A stretch of DNA of 64,000 nt from NCBI GenBank assembly GCA_965198115.1, contig OZ240241.1:7424001-7488000 (forward strand), in the 5' to 3' direction. How positions within the stretch are numbered: the stretch's first letter is position 1; every line of letters starts with the position of its first letter. The notes beneath the pieces are model-generated. The model was not told where the DNA came from. It made no database searches and worked only from the letters and a program-made list of their open reading frames with translations. Positions 1-10,554 of this stretch are shown in pieces. Both the position numbers and the translations under genes were made by a program. Source of the stretch: Candidatus Latescibacterota bacterium. Lineage in GTDB: Bacteria; Latescibacterota; UBA2968.

Positions 1-254
1 GTGTCGGTGTCCACCACCGGACAGGGATTTCCGCACGTTCGATCGCCGTCGGTCACGGCGATATGTCGATCACCCCACGTCTGACCACCGTCGAAGCTTC
101 GCTTGAGGACGATATCGATCTCGTCGTCGTCGGCACCGGAATGGCGGCGGGCTTCACAAAAGGCCAGGACCGTTCCACGCGTGCTGACGACGATGGCGGG
201 GATGCGGTGGCGTTTGCAGCCGGCTTCGGTGGCTTGGAAGAGGGTGGAGAGCAC
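1..254 (-). CDS. Sialidase (GH33-like), N-terminal part, runs off the left edge
   Basis: Not in the ORF track. My minus-strand translation from GTG 254 gives VLSTLFQATEAGCKRHRIPAIVVSTRGTVLAFCEARR...DIVLKRSFDGGQTW...CGNPCPVVD, with the RIP motif and an Asp-box (SxDGGxTW). Confidence 0.85.
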   Translation of the reverse strand, partial: MLSTLFQATEAGCKRHRIPAIVVSTRGTVLAFCEARRHSGADDDEIDIVLKRSFDGGQTWGDRHIAVTDGDRTCGNPCPVVDTD

Positions 255-424
255 AGGAGTCAGTTTGCAGGCGTCAGGAGGAAGAGTGAAGCCCTGTTGG
301 GTGGACGGTAGATAGTGGACGGCGGACCCGCCTTCGCCAAGGCTACGGCGGGCACTTGGTGGGTGGTCAGCCGTGAGCGGTGGGCGGTAAAAGACCTACC
401 TAATCGCTTATCGCGGCTTTTGCG

Positions 425-1762
425 TCAGTGGACGATCCGGCGGAAGGGTTCTGTCCGCGTGTCGGCGGTGAGGAGGTCGTCGATGCTGTCGTTCTCCAGA
501 CCCTGTTTGATGACGCCGCACGTTGCTTCGACGGCTTCTGCTGAGATGCGAATGTCCTCATCGGTCGTGGCGTGGGTTGGGCCGAACCCTGTGTAGCCGT
601 GGACGCCGCGTTTGGCCATTTCCTGGATGAAGAGGGTTTGCACCTTCGCTCCATCAGCGCCGTCGGGCAAGTCGAAAACGAGACCGGGCGTGGTGGGGAA
701 GCCCTGACAGGATCCGGGCAATCCTGAGGAAGCGACGGCCTCGTCGATCGCCTTGGCGGTCGCCAGACCTTTCTCCTTCAGAACCTTCTCGCTGTCCCGA
801 CGCTTCAGTTCCCGGATACAGGCGAGCGAGGCGGCAAGCCCTACGTTGTCGGACCAATAGGAGCTGGAGACAAACATGATCCGGCCCTCTTCCATCGCTT
901 CACGGCTCCCAACGACAGCACCCATCGGATAGCCGTTGGAGATACCCTTGGCGACGACCGTCATATCGGGCGTGACGCCCAGGACTTTCTGCATGCCGCC
1001 GAGGGATTCCCGCCACCCGCAAGAGACTTCGTCGAAGATCAAAAGCGCACCGTTTCGGTGCGCCATTTCCTTCACCCCTTCGAGATAGCCCGGCTCCGGA
1101 GCCTCGGAACGCGCGGGCTCCATCATGATGGCAGCGACCTGTCCCTGGTGCTCGCTGAACAGACGGCCGAGCATATCGAGATCCCCATACGAGAAGGGGA
1201 CGGCTGTGCCGGCGAGAGCCTTCGGTACGCCGATCGGCTCGATGCCCGCGAACGGATATTCGCCGCTATCGGGATCAACGAGGTAGTTCGCCGACTGATA
1301 CCAGTCGTGCCAGCCATGGTAACCGCAGAAGAGGATGACGTCGCGGTCGGTCGTGCCGCGGGCGAGACGGGCGGCGACGGCGCACGCTTCGCCGCCTCCC
1401 TTCGTATAGCGAACCATCTCGCAACTGGGGATTGTGTCGGCCAGTTCGTCGGCCAATTCGATTTCGAGCCCGCTGTTCATCGAGTGGAGGCTGCCCTTAT
1501 CGATCTGTTCCTTGACGGCGGCGTCGACGACGGGATCGGCATAGCCGAGGATGATTGCGCCCAGCGCTCGGGTCCAGTCGATATACTCTTTCCCATCGAC
1601 GTCAACAAAGCGCGCTCCCTTGGAGCTTTCGATGTAAAGAGGGCTCACGCCACGTGCGAACCGCTCAGCCCTGCGGCTGATGAGCTGAACCCAGCCCGGG
1701 ATGCGCTCTCCAGCGCGTTTGTAGAGCTCCATCGATTTAGCGACGCTGTGCTTATCGGACAT
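425..1762 (-). CDS. Class III PLP-dependent aminotransferase (GSA aminomutase-like)
   Basis: GARFVDVDGKEYID, GYHGWHDW, LLIFDEVSCGWR...PDMTVVAKGISNGYP motifs. Confidence 0.9.
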   Translation of the reverse strand: MSDKHSVAKSMELYKRAGERIPGWVQLISRRAERFARGVSPLYIESSKGARFVDVDGKEYIDWTRALGAIILGYADPVVDAAVKEQIDKGSLHSMNSGLEIELADELADTIPSCEMVRYTKGGGEACAVAARLARGTTDRDVILFCGYHGWHDWYQSANYLVDPDSGEYPFAGIEPIGVPKALAGTAVPFSYGDLDMLGRLFSEHQGQVAAIMMEPARSEAPEPGYLEGVKEMAHRNGALLIFDEVSCGWRESLGGMQKVLGVTPDMTVVAKGISNGYPMGAVVGSREAMEEGRIMFVSSSYWSDNVGLAASLACIRELKRRDSEKVLKEKGLATAKAIDEAVASSGLPGSCQGFPTTPGLVFDLPDGADGAKVQTLFIQEMAKRGVHGYTGFGPTHATTDEDIRISAEAVEATCGVIKQGLENDSIDDLLTADTRTEPFRRIVH

Positions 1763-1765
1763 GGG

Positions 1766-2785
1766 TTACTCCTCATCCTGCCAGTTGAAAATGACGCCAA
1801 GCATGGACTTCTCCCGGCTGTAGGCCATTTCGTAAGCTTCTGCCATCTCAGAATAATGGAGACGATGCGTGATGAGGCGGCTCGGCTGTAGCTTGCCCTC
1901 GGCCATGAGGGATAGGACGTGATCGCAACGGCGCAGTCCCGCGTCGGTTTCTTCATTCGGATACAGGGATGCGTCGCTGCCCGAGACGGCGATCAGGGAA
2001 ATAGCTTTGAAGTAGAACCATTCCATTGCCAGCGGGTTGAAGTCGAGCGGTTCCTCGCCACGTCCCTGAAGGCTGACGATGGAAACGCGACCGTTCGGAC
2101 GAACGATTTCGACGGCGGTCTGATAGGCCGGCCACGGGTTTGCGGTGAGGATGACGAGGTCGATGCCCTGCCCATCTGTGAACGTATCCAACTTCCCTTC
2201 GAGATCGGGGTCGTCGGAAAGATAGGCGGCGTGGGCGCCCATGCGTTCAGCCATCTCGAGACGGATGGGGCTGTTTCCGAGTCCGACGAGGCGGGCGCCG
2301 AACAAGGGGCCCAGCGCCACGGCGCCCAGACCGAGCACGCCGAGTCCGACGACGGCGACGGTTTCACCCGGTCGGAACAGCGCTTTGTGATAGCAATGGG
2401 CGCTCAGTGCGTAGAGGTGCGTGTAAACGGCATCTTCGTCGGCTGCGCCGTCGGGTACCTTCACGATTCGCAGCCGATCACGCTGGTCGGCGATGAACTC
2501 GGACTGATGGTAGAACTGGCTGACAACCCGATCACCTGGTTCGAATTGCGTGACGTTGCTGCCGACACCCTGCACGACGCCCAGGTTGCTGTCGCCGACC
2601 CACCGCGGATAGTCGGGGGCGCCCGGTACCTGTTCGGCACCTTCGTAATTGCCCCGATCGGTGCCGATCTTGAAGGCGGAGATCTTCGTCTTGATCCAGA
2701 TGTCGTCGGGACCGAGCGAGTTCGTGTCGAGCGGCTGGTCCTCGATGCGGAGGTCACGGGGACCGTGGAGGATGGCGATTTTCAT
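1766..2785 (-). CDS. MDR-family (zinc-binding type) dehydrogenase
   Basis: MKIAILHGPRDLRIED start, Rossmann VVGLGVLG, LITHR C-terminus. Confidence 0.85.
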   Translation of the reverse strand: MKIAILHGPRDLRIEDQPLDTNSLGPDDIWIKTKISAFKIGTDRGNYEGAEQVPGAPDYPRWVGDSNLGVVQGVGSNVTQFEPGDRVVSQFYHQSEFIADQRDRLRIVKVPDGAADEDAVYTHLYALSAHCYHKALFRPGETVAVVGLGVLGLGAVALGPLFGARLVGLGNSPIRLEMAERMGAHAAYLSDDPDLEGKLDTFTDGQGIDLVILTANPWPAYQTAVEIVRPNGRVSIVSLQGRGEEPLDFNPLAMEWFYFKAISLIAVSGSDASLYPNEETDAGLRRCDHVLSLMAEGKLQPSRLITHRLHYSEMAEAYEMAYSREKSMLGVIFNWQDEE

Positions 2786-2863
2786 GGGAGAGGCTGAAAA
2801 CCTTTCAACGTAGAGGACCCTTCGACGAGCTCAGGACGGGCGCGGAGAACGCAGAGGCTGGCC

Positions 2864-3625
2864 TCAGACGCAGCCTTCGTGTTCGACGCCGCGCAGGAGT
2901 TTGTAATCGGGTTTCTCGGCGGTGGCTCCGGTCCAGCGGGATTTGGCAGTCATGTAATGGACAGCCAGACCACGCCGGAACTTTGAAGTGTTGTTAGGGC
3001 CGGAACGGTGAAGGATGAGGCTATGATGAAAGGAGACATCGCCGCCTTTCATGGTGACCGGACGTTCCTTCGCGTAGTCGATCTCGCTATCGGGAATCTT
3101 CATGTCCTGGCGATCGCCGACCATCCACGGCTCACTGTGATCGAGAGGACCGCCGTTCTGGCTCCCGGGTACGACATACATGCAGCCGTTCTCGAGAGTC
3201 ACATCGTCGAGTGCTGTCCAAGCCGTGACAAGTGCCATGGGTTCGATCTTGAAGTAGGGAGAATCCTGGTGGTAAGTCTTTTCGATTCCGCCAGGAGGCT
3301 TGATGAAGAACTGATCGCCGAACAGCTTCACGTCGGGGCCGATCAGTTTTTCGACGATTTCCAAATTCCCAGTATGTCGCGTATGGGCGGCGAGGACAGC
3401 GTCGAGGCTCGGTTTGTTGATCTTGCGTAGGCTCGCAAGCGAACGTTCGTCGCCTTTGGCCGTCGGCTCGTACTCGAGGCTTTCGACCGGATAGGGTACT
3501 TCACCCGTCGCGATCTGATCGGTTCGCTTCCGAAGGGCATCGAGCTCTTCTTCTGCGACGACGTTCTCGACAATGAGGTGTCCATCGCGTTTGTAGCTAT
3601 CGATTTGTTCCTGAGAGATTGTCAT
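2864..3625 (-). CDS. PhyH-family Fe(II)/2OG dioxygenase
   Basis: KPPGG..YHQD, WTALDDVTLENGCM, FHHSLILHRSGPN..RRG. Confidence 0.9.
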   Translation of the reverse strand: MTISQEQIDSYKRDGHLIVENVVAEEELDALRKRTDQIATGEVPYPVESLEYEPTAKGDERSLASLRKINKPSLDAVLAAHTRHTGNLEIVEKLIGPDVKLFGDQFFIKPPGGIEKTYHQDSPYFKIEPMALVTAWTALDDVTLENGCMYVVPGSQNGGPLDHSEPWMVGDRQDMKIPDSEIDYAKERPVTMKGGDVSFHHSLILHRSGPNNTSKFRRGLAVHYMTAKSRWTGATAEKPDYKLLRGVEHEGCV

Positions 3626-3670
3626 CGTCGGATCCTTTCCGGGCGGAAGGTACCGTCGGATACTCCAGAA

Positions 3671-4246
3671 TCAAGGGATATCGACGAACGTCTCTGACAG
3701 AGCAATCACACAGGAGCTTCGGTCTCCACCGATGCTCGGCCGCCAAACATCCCTGATGTAAGGTTCTCCCTCGACAGCGTTTCCGTCGAAAGAGATGTTG
3801 CCCCCCGAGAAGAGCAAGTATGAGAAGACATCCCTGTCCTCGCGGAACTTAGGTGCCGGTGCTTCGAGGATGACGGGGGACTCGATATCGGTCCAGGTCG
3901 TAACGATGGTGTGCCCCTCCGACCGTACGACCCACGACGGGTTGTGACGAATATCGCCCTCGCGGTGAATCTCCGCATCGACGACGTGGTCGGTCTGGTA
4001 GGGCCCCGGCATATCGCGTACCCAGCGGTCCATGAAGGCGGCGACTTCCCGGTTGTCGGTGCACGCAGCCTGATACCTGCCGGGAATGTCGACGTAGATG
4101 ACCGTTCCATCACCGGCTTCTGAATAGTGCGTATGCCAGACGCTTACCCGCCCTGAGTCTTCTTCGGACTCAGGCGTTCGGAGATAGACCATCCAGTGCT
4201 GGCCGGTCCAGTAGAGCGTTCCTGGATTAACTAGGGGGCGATCCAT
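3671..4246 (-). CDS. Hypothetical protein
   Basis: 191-aa ORF co-oriented with its neighbours, with protein-like composition. Confidence 0.65.
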   Translation of the reverse strand: MDRPLVNPGTLYWTGQHWMVYLRTPESEEDSGRVSVWHTHYSEAGDGTVIYVDIPGRYQAACTDNREVAAFMDRWVRDMPGPYQTDHVVDAEIHREGDIRHNPSWVVRSEGHTIVTTWTDIESPVILEAPAPKFREDRDVFSYLLFSGGNISFDGNAVEGEPYIRDVWRPSIGGDRSSCVIALSETFVDIP

Positions 4247-4416
4247 AGGCAGCAGAGATACTCAAGAGATAGAGCTAACCGAACGGCTGAACGGGAGACG
4301 GGGCGAGCGGGAGAACGGGCGTGGCTATGTCCCCCTCTCCTCGTTCCCAGGCTCTGCCTGGAAACGCTCTCTGCTCTCCTCCATCTCAGTGTTCTCAGCG
4401 AACTCAGTGGCGCCTT

Positions 4417-5205
4417 TCAGTTTAGTAGTGAACGCAATTGGACGGAGGCGAGGCGGACCTGTTCGACGCGGTCTTCCTGCTCGCCTTCATAGACGATCGA
4501 GATGCAGCCGTTGTAGTTGGCACCTTTGATGATGCCGGCGATACGGTCGTAGTCGAGCCACTGTTCCGTGCCACTTTCCACGACATAGAACTTGCAGCGA
4601 ATGTACATCGCATTGTCGACGGTCTGCTCCATGTATTTGTAAATATCGTGAGCAGGATCTGTTTCCCCCCTTGGACCCGCTCCGGGGGAGCCGACCCACT
4701 GTCCCGTGTCCATGATGAAGTTGAAGTTCTCGCGGTCAACGTCCTTCCGGATCGCGACCATCGTGTCGCCGGTTACGGGGTGGTTCTGCAGGCCGATCTG
4801 CACGCCTTTCCTGGCGGCATAGTCGGCGACTTCCTGGTAGCCGGCGATCATGGCCGGCCAGGTGGGTTCGCCATCGCCGTTCGTTTCAGGGATTCGGGCG
4901 CAGAAGAGGCGGATGATGGGTGAACCGAGAGAGGCCGCGAGATCGACGGCCTCTTTGGAGTTCTTGGCGTGTTCGGCACGTTCATCCGATGTTCCGTGGA
5001 AGAGGCCGCTGACGCCGAGGTAGCCGATGGGGAGACCATACTTCAGGCAGAGGGCCTTGATTCCGCCAAGATACGATGCGTCGGTGGATTCAAAAGCCCG
5101 CTGATGGAAATCGACGCAGTCGAGACGCAGGTCATAGCACGTTTTGATGAAGTCCTCGATGCTGGTGTCTTTGAGGCTGAGAAAATTGGATCCAATCTTG
5201 ACCAT
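4417..5205 (-). CDS. Sugar phosphate isomerase/epimerase (xylose isomerase-like TIM barrel)
   Basis: LGSPIIRLF, LQNHP, MDTGQW, YNGCISIVYEG. Start moved to ATG 5205. Confidence 0.8.
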   Translation of the reverse strand: MVKIGSNFLSLKDTSIEDFIKTCYDLRLDCVDFHQRAFESTDASYLGGIKALCLKYGLPIGYLGVSGLFHGTSDERAEHAKNSKEAVDLAASLGSPIIRLFCARIPETNGDGEPTWPAMIAGYQEVADYAARKGVQIGLQNHPVTGDTMVAIRKDVDRENFNFIMDTGQWVGSPGAGPRGETDPAHDIYKYMEQTVDNAMYIRCKFYVVESGTEQWLDYDRIAGIIKGANYNGCISIVYEGEQEDRVEQVRLASVQLRSLLN

Positions 5206-5345
5206 GTTGCCGACCTTTCGTAACGCGGTGAGAAACAAGACAGCCACTGAATTTCACTGAGTACGCTGAGAGATTCAAATACCTGACTCTACACCCGAAT
5301 TCTGGTTCTTCTACCCAGTGATCTCAGTGGCCTCAGTGGCGCAGT

Positions 5346-6152
5346 TTAGTCGGGTGGGTTCCCGGTAATGTCGATAACCATGTTCCTGAGGTAGACGAAA
5401 GCTTCCTCGCCATACCGAAGTAAGTTCTCGAAGTCCTCGACTTCAAGCTCAACCGCGAGCGCCCCTTCATAGCCGATCTGGTGCAAGGCATCGATGTAGG
5501 CGCGAAGGTCGATCTCGCCAGCGCCGATCGCGACCGACTGGGTGCCGATGTGGTCTTTGACGTGGAAGTTGTAGATGCGATTGGTGTATTTACTGATGAC
5601 TTCCCGCCAATCGGTTCCCGCGGAGTGAAAATGCCCGGAATCGAGCGTGATGCCGACCTGTGGGGTCTGGATGCGCTCGAAGATGTAGTCGTAGTCCTCG
5701 AGCCATTGGATCTGAGAGTTGTAGTGAGGTTCCAAGGCGAGGCGCGTCGGTCGATCCTCGATGAGCGGGAGAAGGGCCTCGATTCCGGCTGTGGTAGCCT
5801 CGATACCCTTCTCAGTGCGTGGTCGCCATCCGGTCTGAACGACGAGTGGACTTCCTAAAGTCTCTGCCATGTCGAAAAGAGGCAGAAGCTCTCTGGCGAA
5901 CGCCTGTGCCTTTTCGATCGATTCGTTCGGGAAGCGTGGGGAATAGACCTCGGTGCACGTGGTCAGTCCGACCGCCTTGGCGCGCTCCGCGATCCGGTCG
6001 GCGTTGACCCACTGAGAGAGGTTACAGAGTGGACCGGCAATGCCCCACGCTTTATAGCCCACCTTTGGGGCATGCTCCAGGCAGAGGGCGACCTCATCAA
6101 CGCGAGGCATCCGCGTGGCGCAGGTCGTACAAGAAAGAGTAAAGTGGCTCAT
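5346..6152 (-). CDS. Sugar phosphate isomerase/epimerase (TIM barrel)
   Basis: LALEPH, LDSGHF, FHVKD, GYEGALAVELE metal ligands. Start moved to ATG 6152. Confidence 0.85.
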   Translation of the reverse strand: MSHFTLSCTTCATRMPRVDEVALCLEHAPKVGYKAWGIAGPLCNLSQWVNADRIAERAKAVGLTTCTEVYSPRFPNESIEKAQAFARELLPLFDMAETLGSPLVVQTGWRPRTEKGIEATTAGIEALLPLIEDRPTRLALEPHYNSQIQWLEDYDYIFERIQTPQVGITLDSGHFHSAGTDWREVISKYTNRIYNFHVKDHIGTQSVAIGAGEIDLRAYIDALHQIGYEGALAVELEVEDFENLLRYGEEAFVYLRNMVIDITGNPPD

Positions 6153-6278
6153 TGGTAGGCATTCGACGCAGGGGCCGTAGGGGCTGCGGAGGAACTGCTC
6201 GATCGCTCCAGGCAAGTACCGACACTTCGACTCCGCTCAGTGTGACGGTTCGCTGGTAAATGGGTCGTGAGACTCACG

Positions 6279-7298
6279 CTATTTCCAGGGATTGACGACG
6301 ATTTTGGCGGCTTCGCCTCGGGCCAGGATTTCGAACGCGTCCTGGATTTCGCTCATGGGCATTTCGTGGCTGATCAGGAGGTCGATCAGGGGTGATTCTT
6401 GGATGACGCGCATGACTTTTGAATAGTCTGTTCGGTTGTAGAGCCAGGAGCCCTTGATCGTGAGGCCCTTGCGGATCATGTCACGACTTGCCTGGATGCT
6501 GAGGTCGGCGCCACTTTCGCCCACGAAGGCGACCCTTCCCCGACGCCGCGTTGCATCTATGCAGAGCCGTTCCGACGATGTCTGGCCGGAGCAGTCGACG
6601 GCGCAATCGACGCCTCTACCGCCGGTCAGGGATCGGATCGTTTCGAGGATGTCAGGGTCGTTTGGATCGAGAACGACCTCAGCGCCCATCTCGAGCGCTC
6701 GATTCACCCGCCAGGGAGCCGGTTCGACGCCGATGACGCGAGCGTTTCGGAAGCGAGCGTTGGCGATCGCCCCGAGACCGACCGGGCCGAGTCCGGTGAT
6801 GAGTACGGTGTCCTGTGAGTTGACGTCGATAGCCTGGAACCCACCGAAAGAGGCGCCAACGCCATCGATGGCCATCGTCGCCTGCGCGTAAGTCACGTCC
6901 TCGGGAATCTTTGGGAGGAGCCAGGTGGGTTTCAGCGTGAAATGGGCGAACGTCCCTTTGCCGCTGTTCGAGCCGTTGACTGCTTCGAAGTCCTGGTTGC
7001 TCTCACAGTAGACGTAGTCTCCGTCAAGACACAGGTCACAGTGGCCGCACGGGTATTGCGGGAGGATGACGACTCGATCGCCGACGGAGACTGGACCTCC
7101 CGGCTCGCCGATTGCGACGACTTCGCCGGTTCCCTCGTGGCCGGGTGTCTGGTGCGTTCGGCCGTTCAGGTAGGATTTGTACTCCGTACAAAGCGCGGAG
7201 GCATGGACCTTCACGAGCGCCCAACCCGGTTTGGGTTCAGGGTCGGGAAGCTCGAGGAAATCGACCTGGCGTTCACCCGAGATTACTGCCTGTATCAC
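6279..7298 (-). CDS. Zinc-binding alcohol dehydrogenase
   Basis: GHEGTG, structural Zn motif CGHCDLC...C, GLGPVG. Confidence 0.9.
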   Translation of the reverse strand: MIQAVISGERQVDFLELPDPEPKPGWALVKVHASALCTEYKSYLNGRTHQTPGHEGTGEVVAIGEPGGPVSVGDRVVILPQYPCGHCDLCLDGDYVYCESNQDFEAVNGSNSGKGTFAHFTLKPTWLLPKIPEDVTYAQATMAIDGVGASFGGFQAIDVNSQDTVLITGLGPVGLGAIANARFRNARVIGVEPAPWRVNRALEMGAEVVLDPNDPDILETIRSLTGGRGVDCAVDCSGQTSSERLCIDATRRRGRVAFVGESGADLSIQASRDMIRKGLTIKGSWLYNRTDYSKVMRVIQESPLIDLLISHEMPMSEIQDAFEILARGEAAKIVVNPWK

Positions 7299-7318
7299 GG
7301 TTCCTCCCCGTATTGCTG

Positions 7319-7980
7319 CTATTCACGTTCATCGTATTCGACGATGACATCGTCGCCTTCAATCTTGACGGGATCGTGCTTTGCGCACGCCTCCCAGATG
7401 GGATGATACATTCGGTTGCCGAACGGGCGCTCCGTTCCCATCGGAACCAGGACAGCCACCGTGTCCTTACGGCTGGCCAGTCTTTCAATCTCTTCTACAG
7501 CTTGCCTGGGATCGCTGGGTGAAACAAGGATGGAGTTGACGACGCGATCGTCCTTTTCCAGCCAATGTTCGATCGTCCAATCGTTGAAGGCGCGACAGAT
7601 GACGGCTGCCCAATCCGGATCCGGCGAACCAGAGTATCCGTAGAGGGCGGTGGCCCCGTCAACAGGGCTAGGTCGACGTTCCACAGGTCGAGGTGATGCT
7701 CCTGCATGAACTCGAGCGAGAAGTTGACTTCGCGCGATTGGAGTTCGGGTTCCTTGAGGTCCGGTCTGTTTTGACGATAGGGGACGTTCGCGAAGCCTCC
7801 TCCCGGCAGGTGCAGGCCTTGGTCGATCAGGTGATCCTGGTAGAACTTCGGCATGTAGGTCATCAGGTCGCTTGCCGACTTGAAATTATGGTGAATGTCG
7901 CAGTCGACGAGCGTGACGCCTTCTCTTCGCTTGCCGGTCCGGCCGGGCGCAGTGATGGGTGTGGTGCCTGGCTTGCTCAC
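7319..7980 (-). pseudogene. Amidohydrolase_2 family, frameshifted and truncated; tail looks like a Rieske C-terminus
   Basis: VDCDIHH and CRAFNDWTIEHWL...RPFGNRMYHPIWEAC lie in two frames (shift near 7645). The protein ends abruptly in PVKIEGDDVIVEY. Confidence 0.7.
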
Positions 7981-8194
7981 GGTCTGCTCCGGTGATTGCC
8001 GAGGGTGGTGGCTCTCTGATCGGTGTTCAAAATACAGTTGTCGTGTGGCGTTGCAAAGCAGCAGAGGGGCAGGGAGCAGAGGGTGGGGGGAACATGCTGA
8101 GTCGCCCCTACTTCCTCCCCCTGCTCCTCAGCTCTATTGGCGGTGGCACGGCCGCACCTCCGGTGACCAGCTGCAGTTGGATGACATTGCAGCC

Positions 8195-9058
8195 TCAATC
8201 GGTGGGGAATGACAACGGGAACGTGGGCGCCGAGGCCTGGTGAGGGGTTCGCTTCTCGATCTTGCGACCGTGATATTCGCGGATGAATTCTGCGAGGTTC
8301 TTGCTCGCTTCCTCGAACACGAGCTTGCCTTTCTCGGCTGTAGCCTTTTCCGCCTCACCCATCACACCACTGTCGGAGTATTGACTGGTCCACTCCACGA
8401 GCCCTATTGAGCTTTTCCCAAACAGATCACCCCAGATGTATTTCGATCCCATCTTGTTGGTCTTTGCGATCTCACTCTTGATCTTGTCCTTGCGGACACT
8501 CTCGGGGGAGAGATGCAACAGCATCGAGGTTTCGAGCTCACCGGCGTGGGAACATCCTCCCGGGAATACGCTTTCGCGCCACTTGTCCTTGAATTCGGGA
8601 TCGACAGTGAGGAGCTGCCACCAGCTGCAGAACGTACAGCTTGCATCGGTCTCGACGATGAGCCGTCGCGCCGCCAACTCGACGAGGGGACCGTTGGACC
8701 CGTGGCCGTTGACGATGACCATCTTTTTGAAGCCGTGGTAGGCTAAGCTCTTGAGGATGTCGAGCACGTACTGGATGAAGTGTTCAAAGTGGATATTCAT
8801 CGAGCCCGGGAAGTCCATCACGTGATGGACGTAACCGAAACTCACTGGAGGAAGTACGAGGCTATATTCGGCGGCGAGGCGTGCTCCTTCAGTGGCCACC
8901 GAATTCGCGCAGAGATGGTCTACCTTGAGTGGGAGGTGGTGACCGTGCTGTTCGACGGCGCCGGTTGGCAAAATAGGAATCTTGCCCATCTCGACGGCTT
9001 CATTAACCTCCGGCCACGTCAGTTCATCGAACTTGTAGGTGTCCCTAACGGAAGGCAT
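8195..9058 (-). CDS. Creatininase/creatinine amidohydrolase family protein
   Basis: LTWPEV, PTGAVEQHGHHLPLKVD, VNGHGSN, HAGELETS. Confidence 0.9.
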   Translation of the reverse strand: MPSVRDTYKFDELTWPEVNEAVEMGKIPILPTGAVEQHGHHLPLKVDHLCANSVATEGARLAAEYSLVLPPVSFGYVHHVMDFPGSMNIHFEHFIQYVLDILKSLAYHGFKKMVIVNGHGSNGPLVELAARRLIVETDASCTFCSWWQLLTVDPEFKDKWRESVFPGGCSHAGELETSMLLHLSPESVRKDKIKSEIAKTNKMGSKYIWGDLFGKSSIGLVEWTSQYSDSGVMGEAEKATAEKGKLVFEEASKNLAEFIREYHGRKIEKRTPHQASAPTFPLSFPTD

Positions 9059-9198
9059 AATTGACTCCTTTGGGGACCGCCCCGAAAGTAGACGGGAGAC
9101 GGTCGACAGAGACGGCAATGGCTGCGTTGATCGCTTTCCTGCGATGGCAAGGTGAGCGTATTCCGTGGTGTAGGCCAGCCCTTTAAAAAGAGGCCGAT

Positions 9199-10315
9199 GT
9201 GAAAATTACGGATGTTGAGGCAATTCATCTGCGGTTGCCGGATGTGGCCGAGACGGCCGATGGGACGCAGGATGTGCTCATCGTGCGCGTTGACACCGAT
9301 GAGGGGTTCGTCGGTATGGGAGAAGTGAGCAGCCAATCCTACGTGTGCAAGGCGATCATCGAGGCACCACGGTCGGCCGAGCGACGGCACGGACTTCGCG
9401 AGATCGTGGTTGGTCTAGAGGTGGATGATATTTCTGCGCTCTGGGAGAGGATGTTACATCGGCACGAGCCGGTATGGGCGACGGGGCGTGGCCATTCACG
9501 CGATCAGCGGTCTGGACCTGGCGCTGTGGGATTTGAAGGGTAAGGCGGAAGGAAAACCGATTCATTCGCTTTGGGGAGGTGCGCAACGGGAGGTGATTCG
9601 GGCCTACGCGAGTCATCTGTTCGGAGACACACCCGAAGAGACCGCACAAAGGGCGAGTGAAGCAGTGGATCTGGGGCTGACCGCGGCGAAATTCGGGTGG
9701 GGACCGTTCGGGAGCGATCCTGAGGTGGATGTCGCACATATCGAGGCGGCGCGTGATGTTTTGGGTCACGATCGGGAGTTGATGGTCGACGCAGGATGCG
9801 CGTGGGATTGGAAAACGGCTTTGGATCGGATCGCCTTGTTCGAGCCTTACGATCTTTCGTGGCTCGAGGAGCCGCTGTCACAGGATGACCTGAAGGGCTA
9901 CGCGGAGCTGTGTCCTCGCTCAGAGACTCCGATCGCGGCCGGGGAGATGGAGACAAGCCACTACGCGTTCGAAGCCCTCATCGATTGCGGTGTACACGTT
10001 ATCCAAGCTGACGTGGCCATCGGTGGCGGGTTAACGATCTGCCGGCGCGTTGGCGAGCTCGCAACTGCAAAGGGCATCCGCGTCGTGCCGCACTGCTACA
10101 GCACGGGAATCAACCTGGCCGGCTCGCTACATTGGATTTGCACGCACCCTACGGGTGAACTTGTTGAGTATTCGCGGTCGCCGTCGCCGCTGATGAGAAA
10201 GCTGGTGAGTAACCTGCCAGCTTTGGAGGAGGGATACGTCCGTGTGCCGGTGGGAGCAGGATTGGGAGTCGAACTGAATGAGGAGGTGATCGAGCAGTAC
10301 CGAGTTTCGGAATAG
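9199..10315 (+). pseudogene. Mandelate racemase/muconate lactonizing enzyme family, +1 frameshift near 9453
   Basis: N-terminal MKITDVEA...VDTDEGFVGMGE and C-terminal AISGLDLALWDLKGK, LMVDAG, WLEEP, AAGE lie in different frames. ATGTTAC appears where ATG TAC would restore the frame; could be a sequencing error. Confidence 0.8.
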
Positions 10316-10554
10316 ATCAGCGGGATCCCGAACACCCGAGCAGTTTGAACGCTATGACTCGAAGGCACGAAGGCACGAAGACCTGCAGGAGCCCGCCTTC
10401 GCCGAGGCTTCGGCGCGCAGGCCGGGGGGATTTTAGCTGTGCATTTGCGGGTGCGAGTTCGGGACGCCATCCTAGCGTCCCCGTGCTGAGCACGGGGACG
10501 AGCGTGGTCGTGTTGTTCTTTTTCGTCCGTTCGCAATTCATAAGGAGAGCAGTC

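Noticed and set aside
425-1762. hemL call
   Set aside because: Related fold, but the GYHGWHDW-type motif and catabolic context point to a different class III aminotransferase.
8195-9058. Mycofactocin system (MftE)
   Set aside because: Creatininase-family only; no mftA precursor, radical SAM mftC or mftB nearby.
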